Counted from the stretch's first letter, positions 1 to 9,416 are shown. The stretch: 64,000 nucleotides of DNA from Spirochaetia bacterium (GCA_963677595.1 OY782041.1:4224001-4288000); one strand, 5' to 3'. Numbers and translations are program-made. Notes: a model not told the origin generated them from the letters alone.

Positions 1-1
1 G

Positions 2-418
2 GAAACACAACAACTCAACAGCACTCTTGGGAATGAAAGCCGGGAAGTGGCCCCTGACGGGACCCCTATCATCCTGGAGATGAACGGGACAGAAGTCAGG
101 GCAGTCCTGAACGACACGCTGACAGCGAAAGAGTTCATGAAGCTGCTGCCTTACTCCGTCACGGTTTCCCGTGCAGCAGATGACCTCTGCGGATCGGTTC
201 GGGAAGAACTCCCTTCCGACCCGACTGAGGGACAGAAGAGCTGGGAACTCGGGGAGATCGGATGGTTCGGAGGGTGGTTCACCATCCTCGTCGATCATGA
301 GGAACGATTCTCCAACATGCCGGGAGTCATGATCATCGGCAAGGTCGTTGATGCGGACATGGACACCGTAACAGCGTTTACCGGCAGGGTGGACATCACC
401 GTCAGGCTGGCTGAATAA
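2..418 (+). CDS. Cyclophilin-like fold protein (5' end probably outside window)
   Basis: Frame is open from base 2; AVLNDTLTAKEFMKLLP...LP...GEIGW pattern; paralogous to the 5325-5837 product. Confidence 0.7.
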   Translation, partial: ETQQLNSTLGNESREVAPDGTPIILEMNGTEVRAVLNDTLTAKEFMKLLPYSVTVSRAADDLCGSVREELPSDPTEGQKSWELGEIGWFGGWFTILVDHEERFSNMPGVMIIGKVVDADMDTVTAFTGRVDITVRLAE

Positions 419-452
419 CGGCTGGGAAACCCGCTGCCGACAAGGAGTGAAG

Positions 453-1436
453 ATGAACCGGATGATAACGATGATTAGCACGTTCTTTCTCTGTCTCACT
501 GTCGCCTTGTCGGCGCAGGGGACTGCGGAGACAGTTCCTGTAGATCCAATAGACAAGCGGGATACATTCAAGGCCATCCCAACGGGATATGAGGACAGCA
601 TGAAAGACGGTGGGGTCATCGAGCGGGTAGATTATACGATCCCCATCGATGGGAAGCCTGTTGATACACATGCATATATCTACCTTCCCGAAGACTATAC
701 AGAAGAACGTGACAGGCAGTACGACATCCTGTACCTCATGCATGGAGGCGGGGGCCGGGCTGAGACATTCTTCAGCGGTACCGGCAGGTCTACTGCACTG
801 AAGAACCTGCTTGATCACATGATCGCGACTGAGGAACTCAACCCGCTCATCGTGGTCACCCCGACCTACTACATCCCGGGCAGCTCTGACGATGCATCCC
901 TGGTACGGGAGTTCCAGGCAGAACTCGTCGAACACCTGATGCCGGCTGTGGAAGGGACCTATCATACCTACGCACCATCGCCTGATAGAGCTGGATTCGA
1001 GGCTTCCCGGGCTCACCGGGCCTTCGGGGGCTTCTCCATGGGGGCTGTCACCACCTGGTACACGTTCATCCACAACCTGGACTATTTCAGCTATTTCCTA
1101 CCGATGAGCGGGGACAGCTGGTCTGTAGAGATGATGGGCGGACTCTCAAGGACTACTGAGACCGTGGACGCCCTGCAGGAAACGGCAGGATCATCTAAGT
1201 ACGGAGCTGCAGGGTTCTTCATCTACGCCGTTACCGGGACGAACGACATCGCCTATGAGAACATGACTGCCCAACTGGAAGAGATGGCTGAACGGAGTGA
1301 GACCTTCTCCTTCGGGACAGACCCGGAGAAGGATAATCTATACTACATGGCTGTAGATGGGGCATATCATACCTACTCGGCCATGAATGACTATCTTTAC
1401 CATACACTGCCCTATGTCTTTCAAACGAAAGAATAG
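453..1436 (+). CDS. Exported alpha/beta-hydrolase, CE1/feruloyl-esterase-like
   Basis: YIYLP..Y, LYLMHGGG, GFSMG nucleophile motif, C-terminal His; signal peptide; AAGGAG RBS before ATG453. Confidence 0.8.
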   Translation: MNRMITMISTFFLCLTVALSAQGTAETVPVDPIDKRDTFKAIPTGYEDSMKDGGVIERVDYTIPIDGKPVDTHAYIYLPEDYTEERDRQYDILYLMHGGGGRAETFFSGTGRSTALKNLLDHMIATEELNPLIVVTPTYYIPGSSDDASLVREFQAELVEHLMPAVEGTYHTYAPSPDRAGFEASRAHRAFGGFSMGAVTTWYTFIHNLDYFSYFLPMSGDSWSVEMMGGLSRTTETVDALQETAGSSKYGAAGFFIYAVTGTNDIAYENMTAQLEEMAERSETFSFGTDPEKDNLYYMAVDGAYHTYSAMNDYLYHTLPYVFQTKE

Positions 1437-1460
1437 CATAGTATCTATCAAGGAGTTGTC

Positions 1461-2531
1461 ATGAAAAAGCGATCTACCATCTGGTTCACTGCCAGTCTGA
1501 TTCTGATATCAGTCTGTGTCGTCACCCCCACTACCCTGTTCGCCGCAGGGAGTCAGGAAGTCCCCGAGACGACAGAGACCGATTCACCCCCGACTGCCAT
1601 AGAGCCCCACTCAGGACACATCGACCTGACGACTCTTGAGCACAGGACGCAGGATGTGTCGGCTCCTGTCGTCCTGATGACCGAAGATATCAGTCCGGAA
1701 GGACTGATGGCGATCTATGAAGCCCTGGGACGCTCTGCTTCCGGGAATGTCGCGATCAAGCTCCATACAGGAGAGGGTGAGAACAGCAACAACCTCGAGC
1801 CGGCTTTCATCAAGGACCTCGTTGATGAGGTGGATGGGACCATCGTCGAGTGCAACACAGCCTACGGCGGCGCACGGGCGAGTACAGCGCTGCACCTGCA
1901 GGTCGTAGAGGATCGCGGTTATACGGCTATCGCCGAAGTGGACATCATGGATGCTGACGGAGGGATCGAGATCCCGGTGACCGGCGGGAAATGGCTGACG
2001 ACCAATCAGGTCGGCAAGAATTTCGTCAATTACGACTTCTTCATCCTGCTTTCTCACTTCAAGGGGCATATGATGGGAGGTTTCGGCGGAGCCCTGAAGA
2101 ACATGTCTATCGGTATCGCTTCATCAGAGGGGAAGTCACTGATCCATACCGCGGGAAAAGAGCGGACCGGCATCGGTTTCAGGACCCCGGTCGATGACTT
2201 TACCGAGAGTATGGCAGAGGCTGCAAAATCGGTATCTGATTATCTTGACCATGGGGAGGGCATCCTCTATATCAACGTCGTGAACAGGATCTCGGTAGAC
2301 TGCGACTGTGTCGCCAACCCTGCTGAGCCTGATATGCACGATATCGGGATCCTGGCCTCCCTGGACCCGGTAGCCCTCGACCAGGCTTGCGTGGACCTCA
2401 TCTATGCAGCCCCGGACGGAGCTTCCGTGATCGCGAGGATCGAGTCGAGGAACGGCACCCATATATTGGAGCATGCTCAAACCATCGGCTTCGGTTCCCG
2501 GGAATACCGACTTGTAGGCATCGATGGCTGA
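1461..2531 (+). CDS. DUF362 family putative Fe-S protein with signal peptide
   Basis: VAIKLHTGE, ECNTAYGG, SHFKGH..GFGGALKN, DCDC, DIGILASLDPVALDQAC motifs. Confidence 0.85.
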   Translation: MKKRSTIWFTASLILISVCVVTPTTLFAAGSQEVPETTETDSPPTAIEPHSGHIDLTTLEHRTQDVSAPVVLMTEDISPEGLMAIYEALGRSASGNVAIKLHTGEGENSNNLEPAFIKDLVDEVDGTIVECNTAYGGARASTALHLQVVEDRGYTAIAEVDIMDADGGIEIPVTGGKWLTTNQVGKNFVNYDFFILLSHFKGHMMGGFGGALKNMSIGIASSEGKSLIHTAGKERTGIGFRTPVDDFTESMAEAAKSVSDYLDHGEGILYINVVNRISVDCDCVANPAEPDMHDIGILASLDPVALDQACVDLIYAAPDGASVIARIESRNGTHILEHAQTIGFGSREYRLVGIDG

Positions 2532-3432
2532 TATCCTCCATCGGGAGTTCGTATACCTCTGGTTCTATTTCACCGTACTCTTCGAGCAGATCTTCCGGTA
2601 CTGGGTGGTCGGCATCCTGATCGGTTCGGTCATCTCAGTATTCGGGAAGAAGAGGATCACCGAGTGGTTCGGCTCCCTGCAGGGCAGACCGATCGGGCTT
2701 TTAGGAATCCTCCCGGCAAGCATCCTGGGAATCCTGTCCCCCCTGTGCATGTACGGGACGATACCCATCGCCGCCTCCTTCTCCCGGGCCGGGATGAAGG
2801 ATGACTGGCTCGCAGCCTTCATGATGGGCTCTATCCTCCTCAACCCGCAGCTGCTGATCTACAGTGCCGTCCTGGGAACCACAGCCTTGGCTGTTCGCTT
2901 CATCTCTGCACTGCTCGGTGGTATCGCGGCAGGACTGCTCATCCATGTGTTCTACACAAGAAAAGAAAGGGATTTCTTCAGCTTCGAGGGGCTGCAGGAA
3001 CCCGGCAGCCGCGACACGGCATCCAATCCCTTCATCCGGCTGTTGAAGAACATCCTCCGGAATATCAGGGCTACCGGTCCCTACTTACTGCTCGGGATCA
3101 CTCTCACTGCAGCCTTTCAGCGGTATGTCCCGAACGACCTGGTAGCAAGCCTATTCGGGGCCAACGAGGCGTTCGGAGTCCTTACCGCGGCCGCCCTGGG
3201 AGTCCCGCTGTATGCCTGCGGAGGGGGAACGATCCCCCTCCTGTATGACTGGATGCTGCAGGGGATGAGCATGGGATCGGCTGCCTCCTTCATGATCAGC
3301 GGCCCGGCAACGAAGCTCACCAACCTCGGGGCCCTGAAGGTCATCCTCGGCTCCCGGCGGTTCCTCCTGTATATCGTCTTCGTGATAGCCTTCGCGTTCT
3401 CAATCGGTACGTTCGTGAACCTGGCAGTTTAA
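2524..3432 (+). CDS. Predicted permease (DUF318/ArsP-like)
   Basis: Multi-TM; PLCMYGTIP and PLYACGGGTIP duplicated Cys motifs; overlaps upstream stop. Confidence 0.85.
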   Translation: MADILHREFVYLWFYFTVLFEQIFRYWVVGILIGSVISVFGKKRITEWFGSLQGRPIGLLGILPASILGILSPLCMYGTIPIAASFSRAGMKDDWLAAFMMGSILLNPQLLIYSAVLGTTALAVRFISALLGGIAAGLLIHVFYTRKERDFFSFEGLQEPGSRDTASNPFIRLLKNILRNIRATGPYLLLGITLTAAFQRYVPNDLVASLFGANEAFGVLTAAALGVPLYACGGGTIPLLYDWMLQGMSMGSAASFMISGPATKLTNLGALKVILGSRRFLLYIVFVIAFAFSIGTFVNLAV

Positions 3433-3452
3433 ACCACGGGAGTGAATAGTTT

Positions 3453-3480
3453 TTGATTATTCAGGTATTCCTGATATACT
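3453..3480 (+). promoter_or_regulatory. Sigma70-like promoter with internal palindrome (RHH operator candidate)
   Basis: TTGATT-16-TATACT with upstream TG; TCAGG-TATT-CCTGA palindrome at 3461-3474; ATG 6 nt after the -10. Confidence 0.55.
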
Positions 3481-3486
3481 ATATAC

Positions 3487-3729
3487 ATGCAAAAGATGCA
3501 GATTCTCCTTCCAGAACCACAATTATCCAAGCTTAGGCGTATAGCCGAACGCCAGGGTCGACCTGTCAGCGAGCTGATCAGGAACGCTGTAGATCTCTGG
3601 CTCTCCCAGTACCCAACTGAGCTCCCTTCCAGAACAGCGGTATCTGCCCCTGTCTACAGCTGCGGCAGGATCCTGAGCAGTTCAGAATTCTTGAGAGAAG
3701 CTGCGTATCGTGACCGGGATGACGTGTAG
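3487..3729 (+). CDS. Ribbon-helix-helix (CopG-like) antitoxin
   Basis: MQKMQILLPE..L..LRRIAERQGRPVSELIRNAVD RHH pattern. Confidence 0.75.
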   Translation: MQKMQILLPEPQLSKLRRIAERQGRPVSELIRNAVDLWLSQYPTELPSRTAVSAPVYSCGRILSSSEFLREAAYRDRDDV

Positions 3730-3770
3730 GAAGGGCCTTGATACCAACTTCCTGCTCCACAACTATCACA
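3719..3770 (+). pseudogene. Truncated PIN/VapC toxin remnant
   Basis: ATG overlapping the RHH 3' end gives MTCRKGLDTNFLL, the PIN N-terminal DTN motif; similarity then stops in AT-rich DNA. Confidence 0.55.
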
Positions 3771-3971
3771 CAGCAGATATATATTGTGCACCTATTCCCA
3801 TGTTTTCTCGTATAATATGTATTTATCACGGAAGAATAGGCAAGCTTTATGATGGAATAGATATTCCTTTCTCCCCTCCGTTCCACTATATTCTTGATAT
3901 ACACTGGCAGGGACCGGCAATGATGCCGTGGCCTGCTGGTACAGGAACACAAACCATAGAGAGGTATACCT

Positions 3972-4406
3972 ATGAAGTATATGGATAAAGCAGAGTTCGA
4001 GAAGGTCAACATGTTCGGCACCGGTATGCCGAATGAGATGTTCGCCAAGTATTTTATCGGGGATTCCTACCTGAATCTCCTGGTCAAGCCGGGTGAGACC
4101 CCCCTGTTTTTGGCAAACGTCACTTTCGAGCCGGGTTGCAGGAACAACTGGCATGTGCACCATGCAGCTAGCGGCGGTGGCCAGATGCTCATCTGCACGG
4201 CAGGGGAAGGCTGGTACCAGGAAGAAGGCAAGGATCCGGTCAGCCTGGCTGAAGGGTCTTTCATCTACATCCCTACAGGGGTCAAACACTGGCACGGAGC
4301 TAAGGCAGACAGCTGGTTCAGCCATATCTCGCTTGAGGTCCCAGGAAGGGAGACACGCAACGAGTGGCTCGAGCCGGTAGCAGACGATTACTACAGTTCA
4401 CTATAA
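3972..4406 (+). CDS. Cupin domain protein
   Basis: NVTFEPGCRNNWHVH..GGQ.L...GEGWYQ and VKHWHGA cupin motifs; GAGG RBS. Confidence 0.9.
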   Translation: MKYMDKAEFEKVNMFGTGMPNEMFAKYFIGDSYLNLLVKPGETPLFLANVTFEPGCRNNWHVHHAASGGGQMLICTAGEGWYQEEGKDPVSLAEGSFIYIPTGVKHWHGAKADSWFSHISLEVPGRETRNEWLEPVADDYYSSL

Positions 4407-4433
4407 CGAAATAGATACACAGGAGACACAGAA

Positions 4434-5303
4434 ATGGTATTAAAAGAGACCTATACACTGTCCAATGGGGTCGAGATCCCCAAGCTTGGACTCGGGACAT
4501 GGTTCATCAGTGATGAGGATGCTGCACAGGCAGTACAGGATGCCGTCGGGATCGGTTACCGCCATATCGACACTGCCCAGGCATACGGCAATGAACGAGG
4601 GGTCGGAGAAGGATTCAGGACTTGCGGCATCGACCGAAAGGAACTGTTCGTGACCACGAAACTGGCTGCGGAGGTCAAGTCCTATGAGGCTGCTGTCGCA
4701 TCCATTGACAGTTCACTTGCTGCATTAGGTCTCGACTACATCGATCTGATGATCATTCACAGCCCCCAGCCGTGGATGGAGTACGGAGCGGATGAGGATC
4801 GATGCCTCGAGGGCAACCGGGAGGCCTGGAGAGCGCTGGAAGATGCCTACAAGGCAGGGAAACTCAGATCTATCGGTGTATCGAACTTCCTGCCGGAAGA
4901 CCTGGAGAACATCCTCTCCTCCTGCACGGTGAAGCCGATGGTCAACCAGGTGCTGGCCCATATCAGCAACACGCCGAAAGAGCTGATCGCATACTGCGAA
5001 GGAGAGGGCATCCTGGTCGAGGCATATTCACCGGTAGCACATGGGGAACTCATGAAGAACCAGGTGGTCGCAAAGATGGCAAGTACGTACGGGGTATCCA
5101 TCCCGCAGCTCTCTATCCGCTACTGCATCGACCTCGGGCTGCTCCCGCTGCCTAAGACAGCCAACCCTGACCATATGAAGAACAATGCTGATCTTGACTT
5201 CACGATCTCCGCAGAAGACCTGGAAAGCTTGAAGAACATCGGGCAGATCGAGAACTACGGGGCTGCAAGCATGTTCCCGGTATACGGCGGGAAACTGAAA
5301 TAG
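4434..5303 (+). CDS. Aldo/keto reductase (2,5-diketogluconate reductase-like)
   Basis: GLGTW, GYRHIDTAQAYGNE, LDYIDLMIIHSP, IGVSNF, LPK motifs. Confidence 0.95.
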   Translation: MVLKETYTLSNGVEIPKLGLGTWFISDEDAAQAVQDAVGIGYRHIDTAQAYGNERGVGEGFRTCGIDRKELFVTTKLAAEVKSYEAAVASIDSSLAALGLDYIDLMIIHSPQPWMEYGADEDRCLEGNREAWRALEDAYKAGKLRSIGVSNFLPEDLENILSSCTVKPMVNQVLAHISNTPKELIAYCEGEGILVEAYSPVAHGELMKNQVVAKMASTYGVSIPQLSIRYCIDLGLLPLPKTANPDHMKNNADLDFTISAEDLESLKNIGQIENYGAASMFPVYGGKLK

Positions 5304-5324
5304 CTCAATCACGCTGGAGGGCCC

Positions 5325-5837
5325 ATGAAGCATACCAGGATCGTGAGTATCGCGGCATGCTTGCTTATCGCAGGCAGTTTCTTCCTCAGTGCCGCAGGCA
5401 CTGCAGAAGAGAGTACTGAAGTCACTGCACCGGCTGGGCAACCAGTCAGTCCGTCACATGATACAGTACGTGAAAGACAGGAGAACAGGATGAAGATCGA
5501 AGCGAACGGCCATATTTTCACGGCTTCACTAGTGGAGAACTCAACTACCAAGAAGCTCATCGGGATGTTAGGCAATGGGCCCATAACCTTAGACATGCGT
5601 GATTACGGCAACATGGAGAAGGTCGGGTGATTCGATACCGACCTGCCCCGTAATGACGAACCCATCGATACGGATGCAGGGGACCTCATCCTTTACCTGG
5701 GACGAAGGTTCGTCATCTACTACGACACCAATTCCTGGGACTTCACCCGTCTTGGGAAGATCGAGAACACGACCGGTGAGGAGCTCAAACGGATCCTCGG
5801 ACCGGGAGATGTCACAGTGACCCTGTCACTCGAGTAG
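5325..5837 (+). pseudogene. Exported cyclophilin-like fold protein interrupted by an in-frame TGA at 5628-5630
   Basis: ...YGNMEKVG*FDTDLPRNDEPIDTDAGDLILY...YYDTNSWDFTRLGKI...LSLE* continues in the same frame to TAG 5835-5837. Confidence 0.75.
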
Positions 5838-5864
5838 ACAGGCAAAACATAGAGAGGTTTGTCT

Positions 5865-6353
5865 ATGGGAAAGAAGATACTCATCGCCTATTACAGCTGG
5901 TCCGGGAACACTGATTATATCGCACGGATGATCGGGAGGCAGACTGGTGGGGATCTCTTCCGCATCATACCAGTAGAGGCCTATCCTGAAGACTACAGCA
6001 GCTGCACGAAGCAGGCAAAGCAGGAGATCCGTGCCGGGTATAAGCCTGAGATCAAATCTGGTCTGCAGGACTTGGATGGGTATGACACGATCTTCATCGG
6101 CTCACCGAACTGGTGGTCCACCATCGCGCCCCCGGTACTGACCTTCTTAACAGGGAATGATCTCACAGGCAAGCAGGTCCTCCCCTTCTGTACCCATGGG
6201 GGCGGCGGAGAGGGTCACATCTTCAGGGATATCAAACAGAACTGTCTCAGTTCAGAGGTCACTGAAGGACTGGTGCTGTATGGGAGCGGGGGCAGGACGG
6301 CAGGTCAGGGTATAACTGCATGGCTGGAGCGTGAGGGGATCGAACTTCACTGA
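5865..6353 (+). CDS. Flavodoxin
   Basis: YYSWSGNT FMN loop, YDTIFIGSPNWW, PFCTHGGGG. Confidence 0.92.
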   Translation: MGKKILIAYYSWSGNTDYIARMIGRQTGGDLFRIIPVEAYPEDYSSCTKQAKQEIRAGYKPEIKSGLQDLDGYDTIFIGSPNWWSTIAPPVLTFLTGNDLTGKQVLPFCTHGGGGEGHIFRDIKQNCLSSEVTEGLVLYGSGGRTAGQGITAWLEREGIELH

Positions 6354-6377
6354 TACCCCCTTTTCACAGCTTCCTGT

Positions 6378-7373
6378 CTATCGTGTCGTCTCCCGCATAT
6401 AGAGCTCAGGCGTGATCATGATCTTGCGCGGTTCAGTGTCCTTCCCGTTGATCGTGTAGTCGAGGAGGTCCAGGGCGGCATGTGCCAGGCTCGGGATCTT
6501 CAGGTCGACAGAGCTCATCTTGAAACTCGATGCCAAGATGGTATTGTCATGGCTCAGCAGCGATATATCCTCGGGAACCCTCAATCCCAGGTCCCTGATC
6601 GCACTGAGGGCTCCTACCCCCATGATATCATTACAGGTAAAGATGGCATTCGGGACAAGGCCATTCGTAAGCGCCTCGGTCACCAGTGCATAAGCCTTCT
6701 CCATCCCTTTCTCCCTGTCAGCGCCCTTCACTACGATACAGTCCTGCTCCTCTGTTCTGTATCCAGCCTGTTCCATCTCCTCTTTCCAGACACGCTCTTT
6801 CAGGTCGAAGGAGAAACCGACCTCACCCCGGAGGAAGAGCTGTTTCGTCAATCCCTGGTTCAGGAGAAACCTTGCAGCCTTACGCATTCCGGCTTCCTGG
6901 TCCACCATCACCGAATTCAGGTCGAATATGTCAGGATCCGAGTGCACGATGACCAGGGGGATGCGTTCTGAAAGCTTCTCGAGGAACCCATAGTCGAACT
7001 CACCGAGCGGGGGGTCATGCAGGATGATCCCTTCGACCCCGCGGGAGAGGAGATCCGAGATACTCTTGTACTGTTCCTCATAATGGTCGCTCCTGTTCAC
7101 ATAGACGACGATGTCCTCCTGGTCGCAGCGGTTGATGACTGTTTCAGCGAACTCCATACTGAAGTAATTCGTTACACTATGCGTTACAATCGCGAATGCT
7201 TTCTGCGAAGTCGCCAGGGTCTTCTTTGTAAGATCATCGGGCATATGATTCAATTCGCGGATCGCTGTCTCTACCCGTTCTCTTGTCTCTTTCTTGACAG
7301 GCCCATTGTTGAGCACCCGCGAAACTGTTGCTGTCGAAACACCTGAAGCATCTGCTATCTCTTTTACTGTCAT
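6378..7373 (-). CDS. LacI family transcriptional regulator
   Basis: TVKEIADASGVSTATVSRVLN HTH; AIFTCND...GLRVPEDIS sugar-binding domain. Confidence 0.95.
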   Translation of the reverse strand: MTVKEIADASGVSTATVSRVLNNGPVKKETRERVETAIRELNHMPDDLTKKTLATSQKAFAIVTHSVTNYFSMEFAETVINRCDQEDIVVYVNRSDHYEEQYKSISDLLSRGVEGIILHDPPLGEFDYGFLEKLSERIPLVIVHSDPDIFDLNSVMVDQEAGMRKAARFLLNQGLTKQLFLRGEVGFSFDLKERVWKEEMEQAGYRTEEQDCIVVKGADREKGMEKAYALVTEALTNGLVPNAIFTCNDIMGVGALSAIRDLGLRVPEDISLLSHDNTILASSFKMSSVDLKIPSLAHAALDLLDYTINGKDTEPRKIMITPELYMRETTR

Positions 7374-7459
7374 ACTATTAGCCTTTTCATTCCATTATCT
7401 TATCTTTTGCAGTTCCAATACTTGATTATCATGGCAAATGAGCATTCTGTCAAGGTTCA

Positions 7460-7553
7460 TGTAAACATTTACATCTGTGTATGTATTTTGTTACATTATT
7501 TCTGTAATTTTTTACATTTTATCCTTTACAAATACAAAATTCCGTTCTATCAT
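7460..7553 (+). promoter_or_regulatory. Three LacI-type operator boxes plus promoter of the sugar operon
   Basis: TGTAAACATTTACA 7460, TGTATTTTGTTACA 7482, TGTAATTTTTTACA 7503; TTTACA-17-TATCAT at 7525-7553. Confidence 0.6.
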
Positions 7554-7577
7554 GAAACAACAGTAAGGGAGATTCGA

Positions 7578-8504
7578 ATGAATAATAATACGATTCAGAT
7601 ACAGGAAAAGGCCTTGCCTGCCGGTAAGGGGAGCAGATTCAAGAGGAATACCACACTTGCAGCGCTGCTGTTCCTCCTGCCGAGTCTTATCGGGTTCCTC
7701 ACGTTTTACATCATCCCGGCATTCAGGGGTGTGTATTTGAGTCTCACCGACTGGGACCTGCTTGGGACCCCGTCATTCATAGGACTCGAGAACTACCGGC
7801 AGCTGCTCACCGATTCAGATTTCTGGAACTCGATGTGGGTGACCGTGAAATATGTCCTGTGGAACATCCCGTTCCAGACGCTGCTGGCACTAGGCATAGC
7901 CCTTGTGATGGACAGGGTCATCAGCTCGAACGTGTTCAGGGGGCTGATCCTCATACCCTGGCTGCTGCCTAATGTGGTCGTAGCCCTGTTGTGGCTGTGG
8001 CTCCTGGATCCCGCTGTCGGTATCATCAACAGTACGATACAGTCCTGGGGGCTGAAACCGATCAACTTCCTGACTTCTATCAACCTGGCACTCCCTTCCA
8101 TCGCGGGAATAAACATCTGGAGACATATGGGGTACACCGCGCTGATCGTGTTCGCAGGCTTGCAGGGGATCCCAAAAGAGGTTGAGGAAGCTGCCTTGAT
8201 CGACGGAGCAAGCTCCTGGACCCGGTTCACCCGGATCATCCTTCCATATCTGAGGCCGGTACTTGCCTTCGTCATCATCACGTCGGTGATCGGCTCGTTC
8301 CAGGTATTCGATACCGTGGCTATAACGACGAAGGGTGGGCCTGTGACGGCAACCTATGTGATATACCTCTTCATCTACAAGAATGGGTTCGAGAAATACC
8401 TCATGGGGTATGCGACAGCCGCATCGATGATCCTCTTCCTGATCCTGCTGGGAATCAGCTTCATCCAGATGAAGGTCATGCGAGCAAACGAGAGCGATTT
8501 CTAG
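7578..8504 (+). CDS. Carbohydrate ABC transporter permease
   Basis: EAALIDGA EAA loop, multi-TM; start moved to ATG7578 after AAGGGAG. Confidence 0.93.
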   Translation: MNNNTIQIQEKALPAGKGSRFKRNTTLAALLFLLPSLIGFLTFYIIPAFRGVYLSLTDWDLLGTPSFIGLENYRQLLTDSDFWNSMWVTVKYVLWNIPFQTLLALGIALVMDRVISSNVFRGLILIPWLLPNVVVALLWLWLLDPAVGIINSTIQSWGLKPINFLTSINLALPSIAGINIWRHMGYTALIVFAGLQGIPKEVEEAALIDGASSWTRFTRIILPYLRPVLAFVIITSVIGSFQVFDTVAITTKGGPVTATYVIYLFIYKNGFEKYLMGYATAASMILFLILLGISFIQMKVMRANESDF

Positions 8505-8516
8505 GAGGAATGAACT

Positions 8517-9416
8517 ATGGCTGAATTCAATACGATAACCAATAAGAACCGCCTGAAGAAGGCACTGCTGTGGCTCATGATCGGACTGGTCCTGTTCATC
8601 ACCCTGTTCCCCTTCTTCTGGGTCTTCAGGACGTCCCTTACCCCCAAAGCCCTGGTATTCTCCGAGCCGACGAGGATCATCCCAAGCCAGCTGACGGGGA
8701 CCCATTACGGCCGTGTCCTGGGCTTGATCGACAAGGCGCGGGCAGTTGAGCTGGGAGGTTCAGGGCAGTCGGTTAATTTCGGCTTGAACCTGCTGAACTC
8801 CTTCATCGTCTCCATCGGGGTGACGGTCGCCCAGGTCATCTTCTCCGCCATGGCAGCCTATGCTTTCGCACGATTGGAATTCAGGTTCAGGAACACCCTG
8901 TTCGCACTCTTCCTGTCAACGCTCATGATCCCGGGGATCGTCATGATGCTGCCAAACTTCATCCTGATCAAGGACTTGAATCTCCTGAACACCTACCTCG
9001 GCATCATGGCACCTACCCTCCTCATGACCCCGTTCGCCGTGTTCTTCCTGAGGCAGTTCATGCTGGGGATCAACAAGGAGCTCGAGGAAGCTGCCTTCCT
9101 CGACGGCGCAGGCTACGGGATGACATTCTGGAAGATCATCGTTCCCCTGTGTGCGAACATCATGATGACCCTGGCTGTCATCACGTTCATCAATACATGG
9201 AATGATTACATGTGGCCGCTGATCGTCGGGAAGAAGGAGTCGATCAGGACCCTGACGGTTGCTTTGGGTATCTTCCGGCTGCAGACCCCGCAGGGACAGC
9301 CGGACTGGGGCGGCATGATGGCAGGTGCCGCACTGGCTATGATACCCACACTCGGGATCCTCATGGCCTTCGGCAAGAGGATCGTGAACTCGATCGGGTT
9401 CTCCGGGTTCAGATAA
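8517..9416 (+). CDS. Carbohydrate ABC transporter permease
   Basis: ELEEAAFLDGAG, WNDYMWPLI; AGGAGG RBS. Confidence 0.93.
   Translation: MAEFNTITNKNRLKKALLWLMIGLVLFITLFPFFWVFRTSLTPKALVFSEPTRIIPSQLTGTHYGRVLGLIDKARAVELGGSGQSVNFGLNLLNSFIVSIGVTVAQVIFSAMAAYAFARLEFRFRNTLFALFLSTLMIPGIVMMLPNFILIKDLNLLNTYLGIMAPTLLMTPFAVFFLRQFMLGINKELEEAAFLDGAGYGMTFWKIIVPLCANIMMTLAVITFINTWNDYMWPLIVGKKESIRTLTVALGIFRLQTPQGQPDWGGMMAGAALAMIPTLGILMAFGKRIVNSIGFSGFR

Noticed and set aside
402-1073. Long antisense ORFs (also 7890-8705, 31529-32356, 35990-36874, 49456-50109, 59911-60810)
   Set aside because: Shadow frames of well-supported genes in GC-rich DNA; no motifs or RBS
3578-4048. 156-aa minus ORF and full 92-aa ORF at 3710-3988
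   Set aside because: Both cross an AT-rich promoter-like region and overlap real genes; only the first codons of the plus ORF look PIN-like
5599-5820. 73-aa ORF as a frameshifted continuation of the 5325 gene
   Set aside because: The true continuation is in the original frame after the TGA
7407-7577. N-terminal extensions in the ORF track (also 29603-29641, 34021-34185, 35035-35082, 42218-42379, 47309-47458)
   Set aside because: They run through promoters or neighbouring genes; better starts with an SD or promoter lie downstream
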